From: an uncultured Verrucomicrobiota bacterium
Lineage (GTDB): Bacteria > Verrucomicrobiota > Verrucomicrobiia > Limisphaerales > UBA1100
Assembly: GCA_964548235.1 (NCBI GenBank)
Contig: CAZJRV010000001.1
Span: 1-37,428, forward strand
DNA length: 37,428 bases
Direction: 5' to 3'
The notes below the pieces were generated by a model. That model did not search any database, was not told the origin of the DNA, and saw only the letters and a list, made by a program, of their open reading frames with translations. Shown in pieces: positions 8,534 to 17,948 of this stretch; position 1 is the stretch's first letter, and each line of letters begins with the position of its first letter. The position numbers were made by a program, and so were the translations under genes.

Positions 8534-9796
8534 GTGAGGGGGTGGATTTCAATTTCATTATGGGTTTGGCTGCTGGCTGTAATGCCGGATGCGCATGCGG
8601 CGTTTCTTGTGGAATTCCAATCGGGGGCCAAGCAGGCTCAAGTGCACAGCATCATTTCCGTGAACGCGGAAGGCATAGTGCTGCGGCCGGTTGGCGGCGG
8701 GTTTGGCAACGGCGTGCGCCATCGCTGGGAGGAGTTTACCGCCCGAAGCCTGGGCGTGATCCTCAGTGAAATATTAAAAGACCCCCTTTTTAATCAAAAA
8801 TCGCGCGAGGCAAAGCTCGGAATCATGCAGGCTCTGGAGGCGGCCCGAAGCAAGCAGGCTCCGCCGGTGGTGCCACCTCCAGTTCGGCCAGTACAACCGG
8901 TTGAACCCGCTCAAATTCCTCCACCACGGCCCGCGGCCGTGACGAATGCCCCCGCGCCGCCCGCGGTGAATCCCAATACCGGCATCCCACAGGCGCCGGT
9001 TGTGGCCCTTGCCCCAACCAACAACCTGCCGGCCCCGCCGAGACCGGCCACCAATGCTGCGGCTCCCGGTTTTCAGCTCGTTGAACCTCCTGGATTGGCG
9101 GTTTTTCCGGATCGCCGGCCTCCCTCAAGTTCTATGAGCCACGAGGTGATCTTCAATCCTGCGGGCATTTTTCTCGCGTTGCTGGTGATGGCTTTAAGTG
9201 GATACGCAGGATTTGAAATTGCCCGGTTTAAAAACCGTCCCGTGAAACTTGTCAGCTTCCTGAGCGCGGTACTGCCCGTGGCGGGGCCGGTGGCGTTCCT
9301 TGCTCTGCCGGCGCGTGCGGCCTCGGCTGAAAACGATGCTTCAATGCCGGCGTCGCCCGGTGTGCCTGGGGTTGCTGAGTTGCCGGGCACTACGCCGCCG
9401 ACGCCTTTGCCCGCAGTGCGGGAATTGAAATATGAGGATGACCCCGACTCGCCCTATGCGAATTTTCCTGAGGGCGGGGCCGAGGAAACTCAATTGCTGG
9501 AAGAACCCTCTGCGGCGCCGGTCACGGTGGCGAAATCACTCGAGCACTACCACAGTTCCGAGTATGAATTCACCCCGGAATTTTTCAGCCAGTATTTTGC
9601 GCAATTCGTTGGTGAGGCGACGACTACCGGTGAGGCGCTCATCCTGCGCACCGCTTCCAATGAATATTCCGTCCACTATATTTCCTCGGTGGATTCAGCC
9701 GGGTTGCAATTTATTTTTGCGGCACAGGGCCAGTGGATGGAGGAATTTTTAACCTACTCCGAACTGACAGAAGTAGAGGTGCTGGGCCATTCCTGA
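8534..9796 (+). CDS. Uncharacterised membrane protein: signal-peptide-like N-terminus, small domain, Pro-rich linker, TM hairpin, acidic region, second copy of the small domain
   Basis: A long ORF fills the gap between nnr and adk. The track ORF starts at 8249 inside nnr, so I place the start at GTG 8534, which retains the hydrophobic WISISLWVWLLAVMPDAHA-A segment. Two hydrophobic helices lie at about 9149-9312. I recognise no family. Confidence 0.6.
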   Translation: MRGWISISLWVWLLAVMPDAHAAFLVEFQSGAKQAQVHSIISVNAEGIVLRPVGGGFGNGVRHRWEEFTARSLGVILSEILKDPLFNQKSREAKLGIMQALEAARSKQAPPVVPPPVRPVQPVEPAQIPPPRPAAVTNAPAPPAVNPNTGIPQAPVVALAPTNNLPAPPRPATNAAAPGFQLVEPPGLAVFPDRRPPSSSMSHEVIFNPAGIFLALLVMALSGYAGFEIARFKNRPVKLVSFLSAVLPVAGPVAFLALPARAASAENDASMPASPGVPGVAELPGTTPPTPLPAVRELKYEDDPDSPYANFPEGGAEETQLLEEPSAAPVTVAKSLEHYHSSEYEFTPEFFSQYFAQFVGEATTTGEALILRTASNEYSVHYISSVDSAGLQFIFAAQGQWMEEFLTYSELTEVEVLGHS

Positions 9797-9800
9797 GTTT

Positions 9801-10394
9801 ATGAAATATAATTCTGTCCTGCTCTTTGGTGCGCCCGGTTCCGGAAAGGGAACCCAGGGCCGCATTTTGCGCAACCTACCCAATTGCTACTATTTTGCCT
9901 GCGGAGATGCCTTTCGCAACTTACGACCGGATGATCCGCTGGGGAAAGTGTTTCTCGAATATTCCAGCCGCGGCGAGTTGGTGCCCGATGAATTCACCAT
10001 TACCCTTTGGAAGCAAAACATGGAAAGTGCCATCACTAAGGGAAGCTTTCGGCCCGAGCAGGATTTTCTTGTGCTGGATGGCATCCCTCGCAACCCGCAT
10101 CAGGTGGAAATCATGAAAGAACATACAAACGTGATTGCCGTCCTGCATCTTGCCTGTCCTGATACAGAACAAATGATTGAGCGCATCCAGCGCCGTGCGC
10201 TTCTCGAAAGCCGTCTGGATGACGCCAATTTGGATGTCATTCGGCAACGGTTCGATACCTACGAAAAAGAAACTCAGCCTGTGCTCGATTGTTTCGATGC
10301 GAGCATCGTGCATGATATTGATTCAACTCAATCGCCCGTCAAAGTGCTCAGCTCAGTGGCTAATGCACTGGGCCAACTGGAGTTTTGTAACTAA
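9801..10394 (+). CDS. adk: Adenylate kinase family nucleoside-monophosphate kinase (short-LID type)
   Basis: 197 aa. P-loop GAPGSGKGTQ, GELVPDE, LDGIPRN and R..R...RLDD....I.QR...Y match the AK layout. The NMP-binding ACGDAFRN deviates from the usual STGDMLR. Confidence 0.7.
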   Translation: MKYNSVLLFGAPGSGKGTQGRILRNLPNCYYFACGDAFRNLRPDDPLGKVFLEYSSRGELVPDEFTITLWKQNMESAITKGSFRPEQDFLVLDGIPRNPHQVEIMKEHTNVIAVLHLACPDTEQMIERIQRRALLESRLDDANLDVIRQRFDTYEKETQPVLDCFDASIVHDIDSTQSPVKVLSSVANALGQLEFCN

Positions 10395-11335
10395 TGCCGC
10401 GACGCGTGCTCTACATGGGCACCGCCGAATTGGCATGCCCGCCTCTCGCAGCCCTGCACGACAGTTCCATTGCTGAGGTAGTGGGAGTGTTCACCCAGCC
10501 CGACCGGCCCGGTGGCCGAAAACTCAAACCCCAGATCAGCCCGGTAAAGCAATGCGCGATTGAATTGGGTCTGCCAGTTTTCCAGCCGGAAACCCTGCGT
10601 GCACCCGAAATCCTCGAGCAGGTGGCTCAACTGAACGCAGATTTATTTGTCGTCACCGCCTATGGTCAAATCCTGCCCCAAGCCCTTCTCGAACTACCGC
10701 CGAGGGGCGCTTTAAATGTGCACGCCTCGCTCTTGCCCCGTCATCGTGGTGCGGCTCCTATCCAATGGGCCATCCTCGAGGGAGATACCGAAACTGGAAT
10801 CACTCTAATGCAAATGGATGCTGGCCTCGACACCGGCGATATAGTTGCCAAGGCGACCTCAACAATCACAGAGGAAGACACCGCACAATCCCTGCATGAT
10901 CGCCTAGCCGAACTGGGTGCGGGACTGTTAATCCGGTCACTTCCCGATTTTTTTGACGGGACACATGTCCGCATTTCTCAGGAAGCTCGCCTGGCCACAT
11001 ACGCACGAAAAATCTCAAAACAAGATGGTCACATAGACTGGTCTAAATCCGCAGGACAGATTCACAGAATGTTGCGCGCATTTACTCCTTGGCCCGGGAT
11101 TTATACGCAACTGCCAACGGACAATTTGCGGGGTTTGAAAATTCACAACGCCACAATCTCGAGTACAGAGGGCCGAGCCGGGGAAATAGTATCCGTCGAG
11201 AGAGAGGGAATTCTCGTTGGATGCGGATCACAATCGCTAAAAATTCTAAAATTGCAACGGGAAGGATCCCAATCCCTGGGTTCGAATGACTTCCTAAATG
11301 GTTGCCCATTATCACCCGGGCAAAAACTGGGGTAA
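10394..11335 (+). CDS. fmt: Methionyl-tRNA formyltransferase
   Basis: 313 aa. PDRPGGRKLK and HASLLPRHRGAAPIQWAI are formyltransferase signatures. The start overlaps the adk stop (TAATG). Confidence 0.9.
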   Translation: MPRRVLYMGTAELACPPLAALHDSSIAEVVGVFTQPDRPGGRKLKPQISPVKQCAIELGLPVFQPETLRAPEILEQVAQLNADLFVVTAYGQILPQALLELPPRGALNVHASLLPRHRGAAPIQWAILEGDTETGITLMQMDAGLDTGDIVAKATSTITEEDTAQSLHDRLAELGAGLLIRSLPDFFDGTHVRISQEARLATYARKISKQDGHIDWSKSAGQIHRMLRAFTPWPGIYTQLPTDNLRGLKIHNATISSTEGRAGEIVSVEREGILVGCGSQSLKILKLQREGSQSLGSNDFLNGCPLSPGQKLG

Positions 11336-11353
11336 AACCGCGCCAATCCGCGC

Positions 11354-11410
11354 TTGACAATTTACTGCCTCCCGTTAATTTGGACGTCTAATTCAAACAA
11401 ACGTTTGTTT
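11354..11410 (+). promoter_or_regulatory. Putative sigma70-like promoter (TTGACA-N16-TAATTT) plus a perfect 16-bp palindromic operator AAACAAACGTTTGTTT upstream of tetR
   Basis: TTGACA at 11354-11359 and TAATTT at 11376-11381. The perfect palindrome at 11395-11410 ends 11 nt before the TetR ATG (11422). The palindrome is read directly from the sequence; promoter and operator function is inferred. Confidence 0.5.
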
Positions 11411-11421
11411 TATAGAGAGCC

Positions 11422-12051
11422 ATGAAGGATACAAAGCGCAATATATTGGACGCGGCGGAATTTTTATTTGCCGCCCATGGACCGCATGCGGCCTCTTTAC
11501 GGCAAATTATTCGCCGGGCAAAAGTGAATCTGGCGGCTGTCCATTATCATTTTGGGAGCAAGGAATCCCTGCTGCGCGCGGTAATGGCCAGGCGACTGGT
11601 GCCCTTGAATGCAGAGCGATTGGCACTATTGGAAGAGCAAGAGCGCGCATATGGCAAGCGTGCTGTGCCGTTGCAAAAGGTGCTCACGGCCCTGGTGGGG
11701 CCTGCACTGAGGTTAAGCCGGAATCCTTCCAGGGGAGGGGATGTCTTTATGCAACTTTTGGGCCGATGTTTCATGGAGGCAGATCCAAAAATTCAGGCAA
11801 TGTTGGATCGCCAACTGGAAGAAGTGGCCAGCCGGTTTATTCCGGCACTGCAGCGGGCGCTCCCGAAACTGCCACCGGAAGATTTCTATTGGCGGGTTCA
11901 TTTTCTGGTTGGCGCGATGGCGCACACGATGGCGGATGCAGAACGCTTGCGCGCATTTTCCGGCGGTTGCTGCAATCCGGATGACACGGAGGTGATGATT
12001 GAACAACTGGTGAACTTTCTCTCTGCCGGTTTCAAGGCACGATCCAGATGA
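11422..12051 (+). CDS. TetR/AcrR family transcriptional regulator
   Basis: 209 aa. N-terminal HTH NILDAAEFLFAAHGPHAASLRQIIRRAKVNLAAVHYHFGSKESLL. The stop overlaps the ATG of the next gene (ATGA). Confidence 0.85.
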   Translation: MKDTKRNILDAAEFLFAAHGPHAASLRQIIRRAKVNLAAVHYHFGSKESLLRAVMARRLVPLNAERLALLEEQERAYGKRAVPLQKVLTALVGPALRLSRNPSRGGDVFMQLLGRCFMEADPKIQAMLDRQLEEVASRFIPALQRALPKLPPEDFYWRVHFLVGAMAHTMADAERLRAFSGGCCNPDDTEVMIEQLVNFLSAGFKARSR

Positions 12052-13466
12052 AGATCCGAAGAGTCCAGGTCATGTTGTTAGCTGCCGCCACTGGGATTGC
12101 GGGGTGCGCGCTGCATTTGCCGGAACGGCAGGAGCTCCCCATGGAATTCCCGGCGCAATGGGCCGCGGGGCAAACTGACACAAATTCTCCCTCCGTGAAT
12201 TGGTGGGAAAATCTGGGCAGCACGAATTTGTCAGCAATGGTCAATGAAGCATTGGTGAACAATCCGGATCTGCAGGCAACGGCGGTGCGCTTGGAACAGG
12301 CTCGCCTTCGCCAGCGCATTGCGGGCGCGGATCGCCGCCCCACCTTGAGCGCGTCGCTGGATGCCAACAAGAAGCGCAGCAACTTTATCGGGCTGCCAAT
12401 CGGTGGTGCATCGGTGCTTACTTCGCGTTCTGAGAATTACAATTTCACGCTCTCGAGTAATTGGGAACTCGACATCTGGGGTCGCATCCGCGCCGGCCAA
12501 CTGGCTTCCTCAATGGACACCTCCACGGCAAGGGCGGAGCTGGTTGCCGCGCAACAATCGCTTGCCGCGCAAACGGTGAAGGCATGGCTGGCACTTGCGG
12601 AAGCTGGCGAACAGCTGAAATTGGCCGGAGTCAATACCGACATTCTTGTAACCACCGCACGCCAGGCAGATCTTCGTTATCGCCTCGGCCTGGGGCATGC
12701 GTTGGATTTGCGATTGGCGGAGACCAATCTGGCCATTGCGCGCGCTGGATTGGAGCAATGGCAGTCCTCCCGCGAACAGGCGCAGCGGCACCTCGAGGCA
12801 TTGATGGGGCGTTACCCTGCCGGTGCGATGAAGGGCGTGCCGGAATTGCCGGAATTGCCGGCGACCATTCCCGCTGGTTTGCCTTCGCAACTCCTCACAC
12901 GACGCCCGGATATTTTAGGCGCACACAGCCGGCTCATCGCGGCGGATGCGCGGACTGTCATGGCTCGTGCGGAGTTGTATCCAAAATTTTCCCTTACCGC
13001 TTCGGGCGGCACGTCCAGTGATGAACTGGAAAATTTATTGAACAATCACCTGCTCGTTTGGTCATTGGGCGCAAACCTCATGCAACCGATATTTAATGGC
13101 GGCCGTTTGCGCGCGAACTTGAAACTACGCGAAGCGATGGCGGCTGAAGCGATGATCCAGTATCGCGGAACGGTGCTCAATGCCTTTGCCGAGGTGGAAA
13201 CGGCCTTGGTCAATGAGCAACTGCTGACGAGCCGCGAGGCGCGCCTGGAGGAGTCCGCCCTCAAAGCCGCGCAGGCAATGAATTTGGCGGAGGACCGCTT
13301 TGCGCGCGGGCTTGAACCGTTTGTGCGTGTGCTGGAAACGCAAGGGCGCGCGAATGAAACGCGCACTCAACAGCTGGCGGTCCGAAGGTTGCGGCTAGAA
13401 AACCGAGTGAATCTTCACCTCGCACTGGGCGGCGGATTCTACAATCCAAAGGAAGGAACAAAATGA
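12048..13466 (+). CDS. Efflux outer-membrane factor lipoprotein (NodT/OprM family)
   Basis: 472 aa. Lipobox GIAGC near the N-terminus, with the two-repeat OEP pattern (WWENLGS..L..LV..AL..NPDL; TRRPDIL..........A.A.LYP.F.L). Confidence 0.85.
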   Translation: MKIRRVQVMLLAAATGIAGCALHLPERQELPMEFPAQWAAGQTDTNSPSVNWWENLGSTNLSAMVNEALVNNPDLQATAVRLEQARLRQRIAGADRRPTLSASLDANKKRSNFIGLPIGGASVLTSRSENYNFTLSSNWELDIWGRIRAGQLASSMDTSTARAELVAAQQSLAAQTVKAWLALAEAGEQLKLAGVNTDILVTTARQADLRYRLGLGHALDLRLAETNLAIARAGLEQWQSSREQAQRHLEALMGRYPAGAMKGVPELPELPATIPAGLPSQLLTRRPDILGAHSRLIAADARTVMARAELYPKFSLTASGGTSSDELENLLNNHLLVWSLGANLMQPIFNGGRLRANLKLREAMAAEAMIQYRGTVLNAFAEVETALVNEQLLTSREARLEESALKAAQAMNLAEDRFARGLEPFVRVLETQGRANETRTQQLAVRRLRLENRVNLHLALGGGFYNPKEGTK

Positions 13467-14722
13467 CGCGTCGTGTTTTACAAATCGCATTGCCTGTGCT
13501 GGTGTTGGGTGTGGGGCTGTATGGTTCATGGTGGCTGGCAACCCATGCCAAAGTGGTCACCCCGCGTCCGGTGGAGCGCTTCAAGCCTCGCGTGGAAATA
13601 CTGGAGGTGAGCCTGGAAACATTTCGCACGGAAGTGCGGTCGCAGGGCTCAGTGATGCCCCGGCGAGAAATTGGATTGTCGCCGGAGGTCAATGGCCGCG
13701 TTGTTTGGGTTTCTGCGCAATTGGTGGTGGGGGGATTGTTCTCGCAGGGGGCGGAATTGGTTCGGGTTGACACGAGCGATTACGAACTGGCACTCAGGCA
13801 AGCTTCCGCGGAAATCCAAACTGCTCAGGCAAGCATGACTAATTCCCTGGCGCAGGTGAGCAGTGGTGAGGCGCAAATGGCACAGGCCGAAGCGCGCATT
13901 ACCCGTGAGGAGGCAGAAGCCAATGCCGCGCGGGCGGAATGGAAATTGCTCGGTCGTCAAGGCGAGCCCCCTGCGTTGTTGGTGCGTGATCCACAAATAC
14001 GCGAAGCCCGGGCGGCCCTCGCCTCTGCCAAGGCACTGATGGGCGCCTCACGGGCGAATTTTGAATCCGGCTTGGCCGCTCTTGAAGCGGCCCGGGCGGT
14101 CCGGGATCAGGCCCAGATAAATTTGCAACGCTGCGTGGTGCTGGCTCCATTTGATGGCCGGGTGAAATCCCAGTCCATCGGTGTTGGTCAACTGGTTTCG
14201 CGCGCCAGTGTGCTGGCACGAATCCAGCCGGTGGCATCGGCCGAGGTACGCCTGCCCTTGCCGATGAGTGAATTTGAGCATCTTGCATTGGATGAGGCCA
14301 TGCGCGGCGGCACGGTGAACGGGCCAGTGGTGCGGCTCACTTCATCCGGCACTGAATGGATTGGAAAGATAATCCGCACCGAGGGGGAGGTGCAAAAGGG
14401 CACACGCATGATGGCCGTGGTGGCCAGTGTGCCGGAGCCGTATGCGCCTGGAAAACCTGCGTTGAGTTTTGGGCGGTTTGTGCTGGCACGCATTGAGGGG
14501 CGCGCGCTGGAAAATGTGGTTGTGCTCCCGCGCGCGGCTTATCGCGAGGGTGGGGTGGTGTATGTGTTGCGCGATGCCAAGCTGTATTCACGTGCGGTGA
14601 AAATGGTGTGGAGTGACCGGACGCGCGTGGTGATTGGTGCGGGATTGAAAATCGGCGAGCAGGTTTGCCTTTCGTCGCTGGACTCCTTTGTCGAGGGGAT
14701 GGAGGTACGGGGGGATGAATAG
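13463..14722 (+). CDS. Efflux RND periplasmic adaptor (membrane fusion protein, HlyD/AcrA family)
   Basis: 419 aa. N-terminal TM anchor, lipoyl half-motifs (VNGRVVWV...GGLFSQGAELVRVD and VVLAPFDGRV) separated by a long alanine-rich coiled-coil hairpin. ATGA overlap with the OMF gene. Confidence 0.85.
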   Translation: MTRRVLQIALPVLVLGVGLYGSWWLATHAKVVTPRPVERFKPRVEILEVSLETFRTEVRSQGSVMPRREIGLSPEVNGRVVWVSAQLVVGGLFSQGAELVRVDTSDYELALRQASAEIQTAQASMTNSLAQVSSGEAQMAQAEARITREEAEANAARAEWKLLGRQGEPPALLVRDPQIREARAALASAKALMGASRANFESGLAALEAARAVRDQAQINLQRCVVLAPFDGRVKSQSIGVGQLVSRASVLARIQPVASAEVRLPLPMSEFEHLALDEAMRGGTVNGPVVRLTSSGTEWIGKIIRTEGEVQKGTRMMAVVASVPEPYAPGKPALSFGRFVLARIEGRALENVVVLPRAAYREGGVVYVLRDAKLYSRAVKMVWSDRTRVVIGAGLKIGEQVCLSSLDSFVEGMEVRGDE

Positions 14723-17700
14723 TATCATTGAGTGGTTCGCACGGAACCGGGTGGCGGCGAATTTGTTGGCGGCATTCATCTTGATGGCAGGGTTACTTGC
14801 CATTCCCAAGATCAAACAGGAGGTGTTTCCGGAATTTGACTCGGACTGGGTGATGATCGAGGTGTTGTATCCCGGCGCGGCGCCCGGAGAAACGGAGGAA
14901 GGCATTTGCACCCGCGTGGAACAGGCGGTGCAGGGTTTGCCGGGCGTGAAGCAAATGGAGTCCACAGCCGCCGAGGGCATGGGCGTGGTGGCCATCGAGT
15001 TGCTGCCCCACACCGATGACGAGACATTTCTGGATGAAGTGAAGGCGAAGGTCGATGCGATTGACACTTTCCCCAAGGAGGCAGAAAAACCGAAGGTAAG
15101 CAAAATAATCATACGTAAGCAGGTTATTAATGTATCAGTCCGGGGAGATGTGGGGGAGGCGGCCCTGAAACGCGCGGGCGAGCGCGTGCGTGATGAATTG
15201 CTCTCGCAACGCGGGATCACGCAGGTGGAGTTGGTGAACGTCCGCCCCTATGAAGTGGTTATTGAGTTGCGTGAGGTGGATTTGCGGCGCTTTCAACTCA
15301 CTTTTGCCGAAGTGAGTGCAGCCATTCAGGCCAGCTCATTGGATTTGCCGGGTGGAACGCTGAAGACCCCCGGTGGCGACATCCTGCTGCGCCTCAAGGG
15401 ACAGGCATATGAACGTGCTGATTTTGAAGCGATTCCATTGCGCACCGACCCCGATGGCAGTCGCCTCACTCTTGGACAGGTGGGGCAGGTGGTCGATGGG
15501 TTCGCGGAAGTGGATTCGCATGCACGGTTTGACGGGGAACCCACCGCGCTCGTGCGCGTGTTTCGCGTGGGTGACCAGAGTGCGCTGGAGATCTCCCGAT
15601 TGGTAAAAGAATATGTGGCCACCGCCGAGCCCCGGATGTCTGCGGGGATCACCCTCGAAACCTGGCAGGATGATTCCTCATACTTGCGCAGTCGCCTCGA
15701 CCTTTTGTTGCGAAATGGCCGCGCGGGGTTAATTCTGGTATTTTTTATCCTAGCTTTGTTCCTGCGGTTTCGGCTGGCAATCTGGGTCACCTTTGGCATC
15801 CCGGTCTCCTTCCTTGGCACACTTTGGCTGATGCCCGCCATGGATGCCTCTATCAGCCTCATCACACTCTTTGCATTCATCGTGGTTCTCGGCATTGTGG
15901 TGGATGACGCAATTGTGCTTGGCGAAAACATTTACACGCATCAGGAAAAATACGGCGCGGGTATAAAAAGCACCGTGAGCGGAGCTCTGGAGGTGGGAAG
16001 GCCGGTCATATTCGGTGTGTTGACCACAGTGGCGGCATTTTATCCGCTGCTGGCAATTGAAGGAAACACTGGAAAAATTCTTCGTTATATCCCGCTCATT
16101 GTAATGCCAACACTTTTGTTTTCGCTCGTGGAATGTCTTTTCATCCTGCCGGCGCATTTGCGAAATTTGCCGGATGTGAAAAAGGAAAAAAAACCCGGGC
16201 TGTGGGCGCGCTTTCAGTCTGCCTTTGCCGATGCCGTGGAGCGCTTCATTCTCAAAATCTATCAGCCATTCCTTGAAACCTGCCTGCGCTGGCGTTACCT
16301 CACGCTTTCAGTTGGGCTTGCAACATTGCTCCTGACCTTGGCGGGATATGCGGGGGGGCATTTCAAGTTCATCTTTTTGCCGCCCGTGGAGGGCGATAAT
16401 GTGGCCGCGTGGGTGAGCTTTGCGCGCGGCACGCCCGTGGAGGTTACCGAAAAAGCGGTTCGCCAACTGGAAGATGCCGCGGAAGAATTACGCCGGGAAA
16501 TTGCTGCGACTGGCATCGATGGGACCAATGCTATTCTGCATTCGCTATCCAGCATCGGCCAGCAGCCATTCCGGATGGAGGCGGAAATGGCGGGGGGCAA
16601 TTACGAGGCCAGTCATTTTGGAAGTCACAAGGGTGAGGTGCATCTGGAAGTGGCGCCTTCGGAACAGCGGAACATTACCAGCCAACAGATGGCGGATCGC
16701 TGGAGGGAACTGGCCGGGGATTTTTCGGGGGCCACAGAAGTGGGATTCAGCGCCAGCATTTTTTCAGCGGGCAAACCAATCAACATTCGCTTGAGTGGGC
16801 CAGACCTTGCCACCCTCAAGGCGGCCTCGGCGGATTTAAAGTTGCGCCTCATGCAATATCCCGGCGTGCAGGACATCTCGGATTCGTTTCGCGAAGGCAA
16901 GCGTGAACTGATAATCAAGCTCAAACCGGAGGCGGAATTGTTGGGGCTGAGACAGGCGGATATTGCGCGCCAAGTGCGTCAGGCATTTTATGGCGAGGAA
17001 GCCCAGCGATTACAACGGGAACGTGATGATGTAAAGGTGATGGTTCGCTTTCCCGTGGATCACCGTCGTTCGGTGTATGACCTGAATGAACTGCGCATCC
17101 ACACCCGCGATGGATTTGAGGTTCCTTTCGCCGAAGTCGCCTCCACCGAGGAAGGTCGGGGCTTCGCAAGCATCCGGCGTGTGGATGGTCGTCGTTCGGT
17201 TAACATAACCGCCGATGTGGATATAACTCAAATGGAGCCAAACAAGCTGATCACGAGCCTGGAAGAAAATGACTTGCCCGAGTTGGCTGTCGAATACCCC
17301 GGGCTCCATCATCGTTTTCAAGGCGCGCGGGAAGAGCAAGAGCTCACACTTTCAAGTATGTTCCGCGCGTTTCTCGTTGCGATGGTGATGATCTACGCGC
17401 TGCTGGCCATTCCTTTTGGATCGTACATTCAGCCCTTCATCGTGATGGCCGCGATCCCATTCGGGCTTATTGGAGCGGTCCTGGGGCATCTCATCATGGG
17501 GATGGAGCTCACCGTGTTGTCCATGTTCGGCGTGGTGGCGCTCACCGGTGTGGTGGTGAACGACAGCCTTGTCATGGTCGACTTTGTGAATCGCAACCGA
17601 CCCAAACACGAGGCAATCATAGACGCAGTGCGAGTCAGCGGCGTGGCGCGATTCCGGGCGATTTTGCTGACTTCATTGACAACTTTTGCCGGCCTTGCGC

Positions 17701-17894
17701 CGCTGGTGTTTTTTGAAAAGAGTGTGCAGGCCCAGTTCCTCATCCCGATGGCAGTCTCGATCGGTTTCGGCGTAATCTTCGCCACGCTCGTTACGCTTGT
17801 GTTGGTGCCATCGCTATACATGATTCAGGAGGATCTCCGGGCAGGTTGGCAATGGCTGTACGGGCCGGCTGTTTCCGAGCCGGAAAAAGTCTGA
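14715..17894 (+). CDS. Efflux RND transporter permease (AcrB/CzcA superfamily)
   Basis: About 1059 aa. N-terminus MNSIIEWFARNRVAANLL..., 12-TM layout with two large periplasmic loops, and the ACR_tran pattern VVLGIVVDDAIVLGENI. The ATG overlaps the adaptor gene by 8 nt. Confidence 0.9.
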   Translation: MNSIIEWFARNRVAANLLAAFILMAGLLAIPKIKQEVFPEFDSDWVMIEVLYPGAAPGETEEGICTRVEQAVQGLPGVKQMESTAAEGMGVVAIELLPHTDDETFLDEVKAKVDAIDTFPKEAEKPKVSKIIIRKQVINVSVRGDVGEAALKRAGERVRDELLSQRGITQVELVNVRPYEVVIELREVDLRRFQLTFAEVSAAIQASSLDLPGGTLKTPGGDILLRLKGQAYERADFEAIPLRTDPDGSRLTLGQVGQVVDGFAEVDSHARFDGEPTALVRVFRVGDQSALEISRLVKEYVATAEPRMSAGITLETWQDDSSYLRSRLDLLLRNGRAGLILVFFILALFLRFRLAIWVTFGIPVSFLGTLWLMPAMDASISLITLFAFIVVLGIVVDDAIVLGENIYTHQEKYGAGIKSTVSGALEVGRPVIFGVLTTVAAFYPLLAIEGNTGKILRYIPLIVMPTLLFSLVECLFILPAHLRNLPDVKKEKKPGLWARFQSAFADAVERFILKIYQPFLETCLRWRYLTLSVGLATLLLTLAGYAGGHFKFIFLPPVEGDNVAAWVSFARGTPVEVTEKAVRQLEDAAEELRREIAATGIDGTNAILHSLSSIGQQPFRMEAEMAGGNYEASHFGSHKGEVHLEVAPSEQRNITSQQMADRWRELAGDFSGATEVGFSASIFSAGKPINIRLSGPDLATLKAASADLKLRLMQYPGVQDISDSFREGKRELIIKLKPEAELLGLRQADIARQVRQAFYGEEAQRLQRERDDVKVMVRFPVDHRRSVYDLNELRIHTRDGFEVPFAEVASTEEGRGFASIRRVDGRRSVNITADVDITQMEPNKLITSLEENDLPELAVEYPGLHHRFQGAREEQELTLSSMFRAFLVAMVMIYALLAIPFGSYIQPFIVMAAIPFGLIGAVLGHLIMGMELTVLSMFGVVALTGVVVNDSLVMVDFVNRNRPKHEAIIDAVRVSGVARFRAILLTSLTTFAGLAPLVFFEKSVQAQFLIPMAVSIGFGVIFATLVTLVLVPSLYMIQEDLRAGWQWLYGPAVSEPEKV

Positions 17895-17948
17895 TCGGTT
17901 TTGCTTTCCCGTGTGACGATTGCACGCTAACTTCCCCGCCCGTCGCGC

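Noticed and set aside
9801-10394. The adenylate kinase gene is located with fmt rather than in the secY/ribosomal protein cluster, and has an atypical NMP-binding motif (ACGDAFRN).
   Set aside because: The P-loop, LID-region arginines and overall layout are intact. adk location varies between phyla. Without the rest of the genome I cannot tell whether this is a second paralogue.
12840-12861. Tandem 9-nt repeat CCGGAATTG x2 (+CCGG) inside the OMF gene, encoding PELPELP.
   Set aside because: It has only two copies, is in frame, and lies in a loop-like region. This is a trivial micro-duplication.
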